64,000 bases of DNA from an uncultured Gammaproteobacteria bacterium (GTDB taxonomy: Bacteria; Pseudomonadota; Gammaproteobacteria; UBA9214): NCBI GenBank assembly GCA_963701455.1, contig CAVPAE010000007.1:223761-287760 (forward strand), given 5' to 3'. Positions 38,069 to 47,420 of the stretch are shown in pieces (position 1 is the first letter of the stretch; every line of letters begins with the position of its first letter). Below the pieces are notes generated by a model. That model worked only from the letters and a program-made list of their open reading frames with translations, was not told where the DNA came from and made no database searches. The position numbers and the translations under genes were made by a program.

Positions 38069-40145
38069 GACGATTACCGGATTCTGCAGCCACGGACCGT
38101 TATTACGCTCCTGTTCAGCCATTGCTGCATGTCTGCTGTTTGCCTGCCTCTTCGCACCATCTGCCGCCGCCACCGGGGAGTTTGATGAAATACGCGCCGC
38201 CATCCGGGTGCGTGACTTTGGAAAGGCCATCCCCCTGCTTGAAACCCTGGCAAGCTCGGGCAACCCCGACGCCCAGTATCAACTTGCCGCCTTGTATCGC
38301 GCAGGCTCCGGCGTTGCAAAGGATCACGAAACCGCATTTTACTGGCTGGACAAGGCCGCACACCGGAATCACAGGCAGGCCCAGTACAACCTGGGCGTTA
38401 TGTATGAATATGGATGGGGAACGCTGGCAAGCGCGGCAGCTGCAGCCGACTGGTATGAAAAGGCCGCCGCACAGGGCCACCCGATGGCGCAGGAAAAGCT
38501 TAACGAGAGTGATATAGCCGCACGCCGCACAAGAGATAATACGCGGCCTGGCGAAGCACCCGACCCGGACCTGTTACTGCGGCGGGCCGTGACAAGGGGC
38601 GATGCGCGGTCGGCCAGTGAAGCCATCAAGGCCGGCGCCAATGTGGATGCAACTGACAAATACGGCAGAACCGCGCTCATTGATGCCGCCGAACAGGGAT
38701 TTACTGAAATCGTCGAGCTGTTGATAAGCAATAATGCCGACATCAACCACGAGGATGCCTATCGCAACAGCGCACTGCTCCTGGCAACCGGCAATGGCCA
38801 TTCCGATACGGTCAGGAAACTGCTCACTGCCAATGCAGACAGCAACGCCACGGACACAAATGGCAACACCCCGTTGATGATCGCGAGTGGAAGGAATGAT
38901 GTAGAGATTGTCCGGGCATTGATAGCACAGGGCGCACGCCTTTACGGGAAAAACACCACGGGTGATTCTGCCGCTGATATCGCGGCCCGCAAGCGGCATG
39001 CTGAGATACTGAAAATCCTGCAGGCGCGTGGCGCCAATCCTGAAAAGCATTTTGCCCAGAAGAAGGCGACGATCGCCAAACGCCTTGCCATGCAGAATCC
39101 TGACCCGGCATCCGGATCCGGTGGCAAGGAATCATCACAGCCATATGCAGGCTGGTCAGCGCTGATGGAGTCTGCCTGGCGCGGCCAGGAAGAAATCGTC
39201 CGGGAACTGCTGGACCGGGGCGTCGATATCAATAGCAGGGATGATCAGGGCCACACTGCCCTGACGCGCGCAGCCAGCAAGGGGAACAGCAAGATTGTGC
39301 AGCTGTTACTGGAAGCCGGCGCCGATACCGGTGTCACCCGTGACGATGGCATGACCTTGCTCATGCTGGGCACTGCATCGGGTGATGCCGACACGGTCAC
39401 GTTGCTGCTTGCAAGGGAGCGCAATATCAACGCAAGGGATACCGATGGTTGCACTGCCCTCTGCTACTCGGTCCGCAACGGTGACACGGATATTGCCAGC
39501 CTGCTGTTGCAGCATGGTGCCGACAGCAACCTGGCTCTGAATGACGGCAGGACGGTCCTGATGCTGGCGGCTGAAATGGACACACCGGAGATACTGGCTC
39601 TGCTGCTCGCAAACGCACCCGCGGTCAACCAGCCGGACAAGACCGGCCTGACTGCCTTGTCATACGCGGTTATCAAGGGACACGAAAAGAATGCGCGCAT
39701 GCTGCTGGAGCATGGCGCGAAGCCAAACATCAGCGACTCGAAAAAGCGCACCCCGCTTACGCTTGCCGCCACGGGTAAAAACACAAATATTGTCGACCTG
39801 CTGATCAAGCACCGGGCTGACATCGCAACAAGCACCAGCGATGGTAATACGCCGCTTATTCTTGCAGCCAATTCCGGGAATACTGCCATCGCCGGCCGTC
39901 TGATAAAAGCAGGAGCAGATATCAATGTGCGCAACAATAATGGAAACACAGCCCTGATGCTTGCTGCCGCAAACAATCATGTCGACATCGTCAGGATCCT
40001 GCTGGAAACCGGCGCCAGGGCGGGAATCAGGAACAACAATCGCAAAAGCGCCAGCGACCTGGCCGAGGCCTCGGGAAATACGGAAACACTTGCCGTCCTT
40101 GAAAAGCACCGCAGTAGCGGGCTATGGTCATCCAGCTGGTTCTGA
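38055..40145 (+). CDS. secreted Sel1-repeat + ankyrin-repeat (about 15 ANK) protein
   Basis: Signal peptide. Sel1-like units (AQYQLAALYRAGSGVAKD, AQYNLGVMYEYGWG). Then repeated G.TALM.AA..G...IV..LL..GA..N units through the C-terminus. Overlaps the upstream gene by 14 nt. Confidence 0.8.
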   Translation: MARSKTITGFCSHGPLLRSCSAIAACLLFACLFAPSAAATGEFDEIRAAIRVRDFGKAIPLLETLASSGNPDAQYQLAALYRAGSGVAKDHETAFYWLDKAAHRNHRQAQYNLGVMYEYGWGTLASAAAAADWYEKAAAQGHPMAQEKLNESDIAARRTRDNTRPGEAPDPDLLLRRAVTRGDARSASEAIKAGANVDATDKYGRTALIDAAEQGFTEIVELLISNNADINHEDAYRNSALLLATGNGHSDTVRKLLTANADSNATDTNGNTPLMIASGRNDVEIVRALIAQGARLYGKNTTGDSAADIAARKRHAEILKILQARGANPEKHFAQKKATIAKRLAMQNPDPASGSGGKESSQPYAGWSALMESAWRGQEEIVRELLDRGVDINSRDDQGHTALTRAASKGNSKIVQLLLEAGADTGVTRDDGMTLLMLGTASGDADTVTLLLARERNINARDTDGCTALCYSVRNGDTDIASLLLQHGADSNLALNDGRTVLMLAAEMDTPEILALLLANAPAVNQPDKTGLTALSYAVIKGHEKNARMLLEHGAKPNISDSKKRTPLTLAATGKNTNIVDLLIKHRADIATSTSDGNTPLILAANSGNTAIAGRLIKAGADINVRNNNGNTALMLAAANNHVDIVRILLETGARAGIRNNNRKSASDLAEASGNTETLAVLEKHRSSGLWSSSWF

Positions 40146-40247
40146 ATCCCGCATCAAGTCACACCGCTTGTTCCCGACGGATTACGTTCCGGAGACGAAC
40201 ATGAAAAGCCTTGCTGACCCGGACTGTTGCAGGTTCATGAAACGGAA

Positions 40248-41318
40248 TTATGCTGGCTGAAGCTGCGCGATCGGCATGGAAGCGCGAATTGTTGTCCCTT
40301 CTCCATCTCCACTGGACATGGATATTTTCCCATCGACGAGTTCAATTCGTTCCCTCATACCACCGAGCCCCGCTCCCCTGAGAGAATCGTCTACAGACAG
40401 AGCGTCCTCAAGACTGAACCCGACCCCGTTATCCTGCACGGTCAATTCCAGAAAGTCGTTTATCCTGTGCAGACTGATGAGGACCTGATCTGCCTTGCTG
40501 TGCCGGGCCACATTGTTAAGTGCTTCCTGCACTACCCTGTAGACCACGACCTTCAGATTGTCCGCTATCTCGTCATCAGTTATTACAATGTCGCTGTGAA
40601 CCTGGATACCCGGATTGGCATCCTGAAAATCGCGCCGTAACCAGGTAAGTGTCGCCGAAAGGCCCAGATCATCCAGCATGGATGGCCGCAATCGCATGTA
40701 GATATTACGTACTTCCTCAATAGTCTCCTGAACAACAGGAACAAGAATCCTCGACATTTCAGCAGGGTTCAATGCTTCGTCAACCGATTCGTGCAGGGCG
40801 TGCTCAATCCTGAACTTCATCGCAACCAGTGTCTGGCTTACATTGTCATGGAGATCCTTCGCGATCCTGCGTCTTTCATTTTCCTGTGCGGCCAGCAATT
40901 GCGCCGAGAGCAGGCGCAGTTCTTTATCGGATTTACGTAACGCCTCTTCTGTTTGAGCCTGTTCTGCAATTGCATTTTCAAGTTTCTTGTTGGTATCAAG
41001 CAATTCCCGGGTACGATCCTGCACTCGATGTTCAAGATTGTCGTATGCCCGGGTCAAGGCCTCTCTTGCCTGATCGGCGTCGTTCATACTGACAAAAGCC
41101 AACCTGGCTGGAATTATCAGCGCGACCGTTGTGAAAATCAGTGTAGTGACAACATATTCCCAGCGCTCGTATAACGGCTCTGGGTGATAAAACTCGTAAA
41201 TGTGTGGTACCACCAGATCCTCAAGGTAAAACTCCCAGAAAGCACACAGCAACGTCACTCCTGCCAGGATCAGCAGAAACAGCAACATGAGGCCTCCAAG
41301 GCGACTTCTCACTGCCAC
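40248..41318 (-). CDS. membrane sensor histidine kinase, HisKA_3 (NarX/DesK-like) type
   Basis: Two N-terminal TM helices. H-box LHDNVSQTL after LAAQENERRRIAKD. HATPase_c at the C-terminus. No response regulator is adjacent. Confidence 0.8.
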   Translation of the reverse strand: MAVRSRLGGLMLLFLLILAGVTLLCAFWEFYLEDLVVPHIYEFYHPEPLYERWEYVVTTLIFTTVALIIPARLAFVSMNDADQAREALTRAYDNLEHRVQDRTRELLDTNKKLENAIAEQAQTEEALRKSDKELRLLSAQLLAAQENERRRIAKDLHDNVSQTLVAMKFRIEHALHESVDEALNPAEMSRILVPVVQETIEEVRNIYMRLRPSMLDDLGLSATLTWLRRDFQDANPGIQVHSDIVITDDEIADNLKVVVYRVVQEALNNVARHSKADQVLISLHRINDFLELTVQDNGVGFSLEDALSVDDSLRGAGLGGMRERIELVDGKISMSSGDGEGTTIRASMPIAQLQPA

Positions 41319-41590
41319 TCAACCCCTGCCTGCCGGTAAACCCCATTACCATCAAGAACCATCTGCAGCCCCCCTCCCTCGAATTGCTCAACTTTTCAGA
41401 GTGAAAACAGACAATACCATTCATGCGAATGCGAATCAATCTCATTAATCATCAGTTACCAGGAATGCCATCCAGATAATTTGAAAATGCATATCCAGGG
41501 AAGTGGATTTGTGAATCAGGGCATGGAGCTGCCACCAGCGTATTGATAACGGCGCCTGACGGTCAGTTCAGGAATTGCCCCACTCCGGTT

Positions 41591-42073
41591 TCATGGCACC
41601 AGCCAGACGGGCTCACGGTGACCAGAGAGGTCGACGAGATACCCACCTCTTGAGAGAACCCGCTGACCGGGTGTGATACCGGCGCGGAGATACAGGGGCA
41701 GATAGGCGGTGAGTGTTGACGAGTGGTTGAGCAGGTCCAGGAGGTAGTCGCGGGAAATGTAGAGACCCATGTGTTTCGCGCCATCGGCAAAAGCGAGGCA
41801 GGCAAAATAGGCCAGCGCCTGATGCCGTTCTTCCCGGATCGGTATACCTCTTGCCCGGGTCCAGGCGCGGAAGCGCTGCAGCGACGGGTCGGGCTCACCG
41901 GGAAGCGCGGAGAGGTGAACCACCGGTGTCCGTGCCCGCAAGGCGTCGGGCACATCTACCCACGTCGCACCGAGCAGGGTCGGTGACAGAAATACCGGCG
42001 CCTCCCCGTTACTGAAACCCGGTTCTGCCGCCATGCGTCGGACACCAGCTGCCCTTCTCGGCAAGTGCTCCAT
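41591..42073 (-). CDS. truncated paralog (C-terminal ~150 aa) of the cytochrome-c/periplasmic-binding-protein fusion at 42986-44707; possible gene remnant
   Basis: WTRARGIPIREERHQALAYFACLAFADGAKHMGLYISRDYL...GGYLVDLSGHREPVWLV aligns with WLKVRGIPATNLAIQSRMYFLGWMLPDAIKHMRGEFYRDYF...GCYIVQLSGDENPELIKV in the larger gene. Confidence 0.5.
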   Translation of the reverse strand: MEHLPRRAAGVRRMAAEPGFSNGEAPVFLSPTLLGATWVDVPDALRARTPVVHLSALPGEPDPSLQRFRAWTRARGIPIREERHQALAYFACLAFADGAKHMGLYISRDYLLDLLNHSSTLTAYLPLYLRAGITPGQRVLSRGGYLVDLSGHREPVWLVP

Positions 42074-42233
42074 GCTTTGCCCTACCGCCTGCGTCCATGC
42101 AGGCGTCCCGGAGGGAGAAGGAACTCTTATTCGAAAGGCGCATAAGTGCTCGACAGAACATCATTTCCATGCAACCTGATCCATCGCCTAAAGGCGAGGG
42201 GTTTACGGATCCCCTATCGGTGACTCTAAATGG

Positions 42234-42917
42234 TCAAAGTAAAGAAGGATCTCTCCGGGGATCGGTCTGTCTTGTCAATGCCTGGTATTCACGCACCAGG
42301 TCACCGGCACTCGCAAAACCCTCCATGCGAACCCAGCCTGTTTGCGGTGCAGCATGCATGAATGTCAACGGTATGTGATTCATCTTGTCGCGCCGGTATG
42401 CATCAAAAGCTTTCAGCACCGCCACGATGTCTTCACGATCCCCGGTCAGAAACGTCCAGCCTGTGCTGGCCTGGAAACGCTGCGCATATTCCCGAAGTTT
42501 TGCCGGAGTATCATGCTCAGGATCGATGGTAACTGAGATCATTCGAACATTATCCGCTTCAGGACCAAGGGCCTTCCGGGTCTGGGTAAAGCTGGCACTC
42601 AGGACCGGACAGATAGTTGTGCACGTGGTAAATATAAAATTCAGCATCACCGGCTCATTACCCTCCAGCATGTCGTGCAGGGAAACCTTCCTGCCGTCCT
42701 GATCGGTCAGTACGACATCGGGCACCTGGTATTCCTGTTCCTTGCGGACATAGCCCTTTTGCTGCAGCATCTGCCTGTGCTGCGAATGATCAACTCCATG
42801 CTGGTGCATATGGTGGGCAGCATCTCCGTCATCCAGGGCATGACCGGACGATGCCATGCCGAACGTAACCAGCAGGCCCATCATCCTGCCCGCAAACCTT
42901 ATTTTGTTATTCAGCAT
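42234..42917 (-). CDS. SCO1/SenC-family thioredoxin-like copper chaperone
   Basis: Membrane anchor, His-rich stretch (HHMHQHGVDHSQH), CxxxCP motif (FTTCTTICP), DPEHDT motif. Start at MLNNKIRF (42917). Confidence 0.8.
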   Translation of the reverse strand: MLNNKIRFAGRMMGLLVTFGMASSGHALDDGDAAHHMHQHGVDHSQHRQMLQQKGYVRKEQEYQVPDVVLTDQDGRKVSLHDMLEGNEPVMLNFIFTTCTTICPVLSASFTQTRKALGPEADNVRMISVTIDPEHDTPAKLREYAQRFQASTGWTFLTGDREDIVAVLKAFDAYRRDKMNHIPLTFMHAAPQTGWVRMEGFASAGDLVREYQALTRQTDPRRDPSLL

Positions 42918-42985
42918 GTCGTATTCTCCTTTTGTAATAACGTCCCTGCTTGTTGATATTCCCCGCGGCAGAGCCACAGCCGCTT

Positions 42986-44707
42986 CTAGTTGACGACCCA
43001 GTCACTCACTTTTATCAGCTCCGGATTTTCATCACCGCTGAGTTGCACGATATAACAACCTTTTGATGCATAGCGCTGACCAGGGCCAAAACTCAGCCGG
43101 GGAAACACGGCAATTGCTGCATCCTGATCTGTCATCATGTCGAAAGATTCCAGGAAATAGTCCCGGTAGAACTCGCCACGCATATGTTTTATGGCGTCCG
43201 GCAACATCCAGCCAAGAAAATACATCCTCGACTGGATTGCCAGATTGGTAGCCGGAATACCCCGCACCTTGAGCCATTGCTGCAGCGCCATCTGCCTGTA
43301 TTTATTTTCTTCGGGAAGGCTTTCCGGATAAGTCAGATAGAGAATGTTGCGCATCCCGGCGGGAACAAGATCCAGCCTCCCTTCCAGCAGGCTCGCAGAG
43401 GCAAACAGCATGGCGTCCCTCTCCTGATTCACAACCTGGCTACGCAGAGCTTCGGTGAGATCTTCCGCAGCAAGCCACAGCAGCACCACTGGCGCAGCTT
43501 GTTCATCCTCTCCTCGCCACCATGTCGCCGGCAGGGCACCGTTATCTTCGGGCTGCCGGAACTCCGGGACACCTCCTCCATATTCAGCCCAGGCATCCTG
43601 GAACCCTCGCGCAAGCATCTCCCCCTCGCTCCCCGGCCGGTACACCTGAATGACCCGGGTATCCGGCCCGACCTTCCCGGATGCCTGCAGAAACTTGGCC
43701 GCGGTTTCTCCCTCCTGGTAGAGCCCCCTGGAGAAATACAAGGTATACCAGTCGGATTTTGAAACTACCGGCTGATCAGTCACCGGGAAGATATTGGGTA
43801 TTTCATTGTCCTCGCAGAAGTCATGAATTGGCGCCCATCTGCCGGAACCAATCCCGCCAAGCAGGGCAAACACAGGTCGCAACCGGTAATAGGATTCAAG
43901 CTGCTCGCGCCAGGTTTCAGGCGGGCCGGTCAACTCCCACACATCGAGTGCGAGCTTGCGATAGGAACCGTACTGTTCGGTCTTGTAGAAAGGGCCCTGA
44001 CTGGCCCGGCGCAGATGAGGCCGGGTCTGGGTATTGCGCGCATCGATGTGCGCCTGCAGCACCGAAAGCATGGCATCACGATCAGTAGGGGACACACCAT
44101 CGGTCACCACGGTTGCAAAGCGCAGCGTCTCCCCGTCGAGCCCCGGAGCGTTGTTGACGGAAAGGTTTTTCAGGTAATGGATGAGGATCTCCATATCCCC
44201 CTCCTCCAGATCATAACGGGGCATTGCCTGGCTCAGCACCCTACCGTCCGCAGCCACACCGGTGCGCATAGCCCTGGCCAGGGTTTCTGCCGTATAGGGC
44301 GGACGGGCATCAACAGCCCGATTCTGGGACGGCAGCGACCAGCGCTCCGCAGCGCCCGGCCCGTGACCTTCGGCGGCAGGACTCCAGGCACCGGTACGCC
44401 GTCTCGGGACAAACAATTCCTTGCCATTGATCGGCCAGGTGACGATCGAACCCTCCACCGAGCCCAGTCCGCTGCGCTGGTGGCAGTTAATACAGGTAAA
44501 CATACGTCCATCCACGAATATATCCCCTGCGATGAGGGCCTGTACCGGTTCCCCGTCGGAGAGAATTCCTTCCCGGTAGAGACGCTCTCCCAACTGTAAG
44601 GTCGCATCCTCCTGAAGGCCCGCAGCCACAGCTGGACCCGGAACAAACGCGGTCCCTCCAACTACGCCGAGGAACAATAAACACCGGGTTATGTACCGTG
44701 GCATCAT
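42986..44707 (-). CDS. fusion of mono-heme cytochrome c domain (CINCH) with a type-I periplasmic-binding-protein (LivK-like) domain
   Basis: Signal peptide. A single CxxCH with a downstream Met-rich cytochrome c fold region. The C-terminal ~350 aa has the PBP-like alternating alpha/beta pattern. Confidence 0.65.
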   Translation of the reverse strand: MMPRYITRCLLFLGVVGGTAFVPGPAVAAGLQEDATLQLGERLYREGILSDGEPVQALIAGDIFVDGRMFTCINCHQRSGLGSVEGSIVTWPINGKELFVPRRRTGAWSPAAEGHGPGAAERWSLPSQNRAVDARPPYTAETLARAMRTGVAADGRVLSQAMPRYDLEEGDMEILIHYLKNLSVNNAPGLDGETLRFATVVTDGVSPTDRDAMLSVLQAHIDARNTQTRPHLRRASQGPFYKTEQYGSYRKLALDVWELTGPPETWREQLESYYRLRPVFALLGGIGSGRWAPIHDFCEDNEIPNIFPVTDQPVVSKSDWYTLYFSRGLYQEGETAAKFLQASGKVGPDTRVIQVYRPGSEGEMLARGFQDAWAEYGGGVPEFRQPEDNGALPATWWRGEDEQAAPVVLLWLAAEDLTEALRSQVVNQERDAMLFASASLLEGRLDLVPAGMRNILYLTYPESLPEENKYRQMALQQWLKVRGIPATNLAIQSRMYFLGWMLPDAIKHMRGEFYRDYFLESFDMMTDQDAAIAVFPRLSFGPGQRYASKGCYIVQLSGDENPELIKVSDWVVN

Positions 44708-44742
44708 TAATCGCCTGAGCAGTTACCTGTATTCTAGGAGTC

Positions 44743-44908
44743 TCTGAACAAGTCCCGACTCGTCATTCCGGCGCATGCCGGACAAAAGCGCAAGGCGCGT
44801 TGAACGCCCGGAGGGCGGCCCGCAGGGTGAGCGAAGCGAAGCATCCTGGAAATCAACAAGCTGGACCCCGGCTTTCGCCGGGGTGACGACTTATTCAGGA
44901 TTTCCTTG
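44743..44908 (+). repeat. ~167-bp interspersed repeat family C, full copy
   Basis: About 90% identical to 46618-46784. Contains the hairpins cattccggcgcatgccgg and ccccggctttcgccgggg. Confidence 0.85.
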
Positions 44909-44919
44909 ATTCATTATCG

Positions 44920-46596
44920 CTAGCGACACGCCCGGTTCTTGCGGCAGCCTGAATCAAGACAATCGACAAGCCCGTCACCGTCGTTGTCGAGACTGTCAGA
45001 GCATGTGCCGCCCTTGCCTTCCACACCACCGCCAGTGCCACCCCCACCGGTGTCACCGCCTCCGTCACCTCCGGGGACCGGGCAGGACTTACCTTTCAGT
45101 CTGTCCTTACCGTCGCAGTCCTGGTCGATGCCGTCCCGCTTGATATCGCAGGCATCGGGGTTGATAGCGGCGTTGCTGTCATCACAGTCCGGTAACGTTC
45201 CGCAGTTTAACTCGGCATAGAAATTATCACTGTCGTTATCCGTACATGGGGGGGGCGGCGGATTGCTCAGCAGAGCGGATGCCGCGACCACGTCGACCAG
45301 TCCGAAACCGGAGTCGTTATCCGCACCGGCCTGGCCGATGTCCATGGCTGAATCCTGCAGGGATTGTTCGAGTTCGGCCACGCTGACACCGGGAAAGGCA
45401 CCGCGCAGCAGTGCCAGCGCGCCCGCGACATGCGGCGCGGCGGCTGAAGTGCCGCTCACGGACACATAGGAATCCGGGAACAGTCCACCGGAGGTCAGGT
45501 CCGCTGTCCTGACGTTCACACCGGGCGCGACCACTTCCGGATACAGGGTCCCGCTACAGGCCGATGGTCCGCGCCCGCTGGTCGAGGCGATGTTCAGCGC
45601 AGCGTCTACGGCGCCAACCGCGAAACCATCTGGATTATTGGCCGGGCTTTCACTGGATGACCCTGACGGCCCCTTGTTACCGGCGGAAAATGCCACGGCA
45701 ATACCGGCAGCCTTGAGTACCTGAATATCTGTCTCGAATTCCAGGTAACACTGATCCAGCAGTTGCGGGAATCCCCAGGAATTATTGACCACGTGCGGCG
45801 CATCATCACTCGCCGGGTTGCCGTCGGGATCCAGCAGCCATTGGAACCCCTGGTGAATGCCGCTCAGCGAGGCTGTCCCGCTGTCGTCAAAGATCTTCAC
45901 CGCGATCCACTGCGCGCCGGGCGCCACGCCGATTGCCGTACCCCCGGCATCTCCACCAACCGCCAGTCCCATGACCTGGGTTCCATGACCATTCCTGTCA
46001 TGGGGTGAGGCATGCTCGCCATTGGGATCGAACCAGCTGTTGTTACCGCCACGCCAGCGAGGAGCCAGGTCCGGATGGTTCACATCAACCCCGGTGTCCA
46101 TACCCGCCACAACCATACCGGTTCCGGTGTAGCCCAGCCCCCAGAACTCCGGTGCACGTATTGCATCGAGATTCCACTCCGATGTCGTGGCGGTCGCCGC
46201 TGCCGGCGCCGGAGCCTGGACACTGGCATCAAGCGTAATACTGTCCACCCCCGGAAGTCCGAGTAACGGCTGAATGACATCCGCCCTGGCCGTCACAGCA
46301 AGGGCATTGATCGACCATAACTGAATGAGCCGTTTTGCCCCGTTCCCCTGCAGGAAGGCGATGGCTGGTCCCTGGCTGGCATTCGCCGTATTCCGCAAGG
46401 CCTGGATCAGCGCTGCCAGTTCGACACCCCTGCCCTGCCCCTTCCCTGGGAATGCCTCCAGATCCACACGTTCGGAAAATCTGACAATGAATGCCACATC
46501 TTTCCCGTCCTGGATGGCTTGTTGCACTTCCGCTGTCATGGTGGCGGCCTGCACTCCTGGCCCCCATGCGGAAACGCAGACCATGCCAAACAGCAG
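44920..46596 (-). CDS. subtilisin-like serine protease (S8) with C-terminal Cys/Asp-rich DxDxDG module
   Basis: Catalytic triad contexts: VAGMDTGVD (Asp), HGTQVMG (His), GTSAAAPHVAGA (Ser). The C-terminus has ...DIKRDGIDQDCDGKD..., a Gly-rich run and further Cys. The start is uncertain: the ORF 5' end (MRRNDGSGLVQ) is encoded by repeat C, so GTG about 46596 or ATG 46575 are more likely. Confidence 0.8.
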   Translation of the reverse strand: MLFGMVCVSAWGPGVQAATMTAEVQQAIQDGKDVAFIVRFSERVDLEAFPGKGQGRGVELAALIQALRNTANASQGPAIAFLQGNGAKRLIQLWSINALAVTARADVIQPLLGLPGVDSITLDASVQAPAPAAATATTSEWNLDAIRAPEFWGLGYTGTGMVVAGMDTGVDVNHPDLAPRWRGGNNSWFDPNGEHASPHDRNGHGTQVMGLAVGGDAGGTAIGVAPGAQWIAVKIFDDSGTASLSGIHQGFQWLLDPDGNPASDDAPHVVNNSWGFPQLLDQCYLEFETDIQVLKAAGIAVAFSAGNKGPSGSSSESPANNPDGFAVGAVDAALNIASTSGRGPSACSGTLYPEVVAPGVNVRTADLTSGGLFPDSYVSVSGTSAAAPHVAGALALLRGAFPGVSVAELEQSLQDSAMDIGQAGADNDSGFGLVDVVAASALLSNPPPPPCTDNDSDNFYAELNCGTLPDCDDSNAAINPDACDIKRDGIDQDCDGKDRLKGKSCPVPGGDGGGDTGGGGTGGGVEGKGGTCSDSLDNDGDGLVDCLDSGCRKNRACR

Positions 46597-46617
46597 CAGA
46601 ATCACCTTGAGGAGAAA

Positions 46618-46784
46618 CTGAACAAGTCCTGATCCGTCATTCCGGCGCATGCCGGACAAAAGTGCATGGCGCGTTGAACGCCCGGAGGGCGGCCCGCAGG
46701 GCGAGCGAAGCGAGTCATCCAGGGAAATCAACAAGCTGGACCCCGGCCTTCGCCGGGGTGACGACTTATTCAGGGTTTCCTTGA
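46618..46784 (+). repeat. ~167-bp interspersed repeat family C, full copy
   Basis: Direct repeat of 44743-44908. The two copies flank the protease gene. Confidence 0.85.
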
Positions 46785-46804
46785 GCTTCAGGCTTTTCAT
46801 GGCA

Positions 46805-47308
46805 TCACTCCACAACGATGTGCTCTTGCCTGAAGTCACCGATCACCAGGGTGACCTGATCTCCAGCCTTGACGGCACGGCCGGGATTGGCAAAGAACAT
46901 AAAATAGTTCCGGTCCACCTTGGCAAACTTCGGTGCCTGGCGCAGCGGCCCGATCTTGGCCGAGACCGGCACCTGCAGCTTGTGGCCGTTTTTTTCCACG
47001 ATCAGCTGCGGTTTAATCTTGCGGTCCATGATGGCAGCGGCCTTTTCCGGGTCCAGCATCCGGAACCGGAAATCCAGCATGTAATCAGCCGCGGTCCGGC
47101 GGATCCCGATGACACGTATCCCCCAGGGATCTCCGGGGTCTGCCTGTTCCTGCTCAGCAACGTTCGGCACTGCGACACTTGTTGCAAAGACCAGCTGTCC
47201 TGGCATAAACATGAACGCAAGCCCCAGCACCACCAGCAGGGCTACCGCGATTTGTACGGTATGGACGCATACCCCCAAGGTGATCCGCCTGGTCTGAGTC
47301 TGTTGCAT
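46805..47308 (-). CDS. membrane-anchored periplasmic hypothetical protein (167 aa)
   Basis: A single TM helix (IAVALLVVLGLAFMF) then a soluble domain. Lies between the MCO-like triad and the protease. Confidence 0.45.
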   Translation of the reverse strand: MQQTQTRRITLGVCVHTVQIAVALLVVLGLAFMFMPGQLVFATSVAVPNVAEQEQADPGDPWGIRVIGIRRTAADYMLDFRFRMLDPEKAAAIMDRKIKPQLIVEKNGHKLQVPVSAKIGPLRQAPKFAKVDRNYFMFFANPGRAVKAGDQVTLVIGDFRQEHIVVE

Positions 47309-47420
47309 GGTTTTATTCCCCTTCAGTCGTGATCAAACAATAGTCCGATCTCTCTACCAGTTCGTCAGTCATTGCAAGCAGTGGCGGGTACCTCCCCCAC
47401 TGGAGAGGTACCCGGAGCAC

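Noticed and set aside
44743-46784. Repeat-flanked protease as a composite transposon or IS
   Set aside because: No transposase ORF, no terminal inverted repeats and no target-site duplication visible. The repeats are 167-bp REP/MITE-like units.
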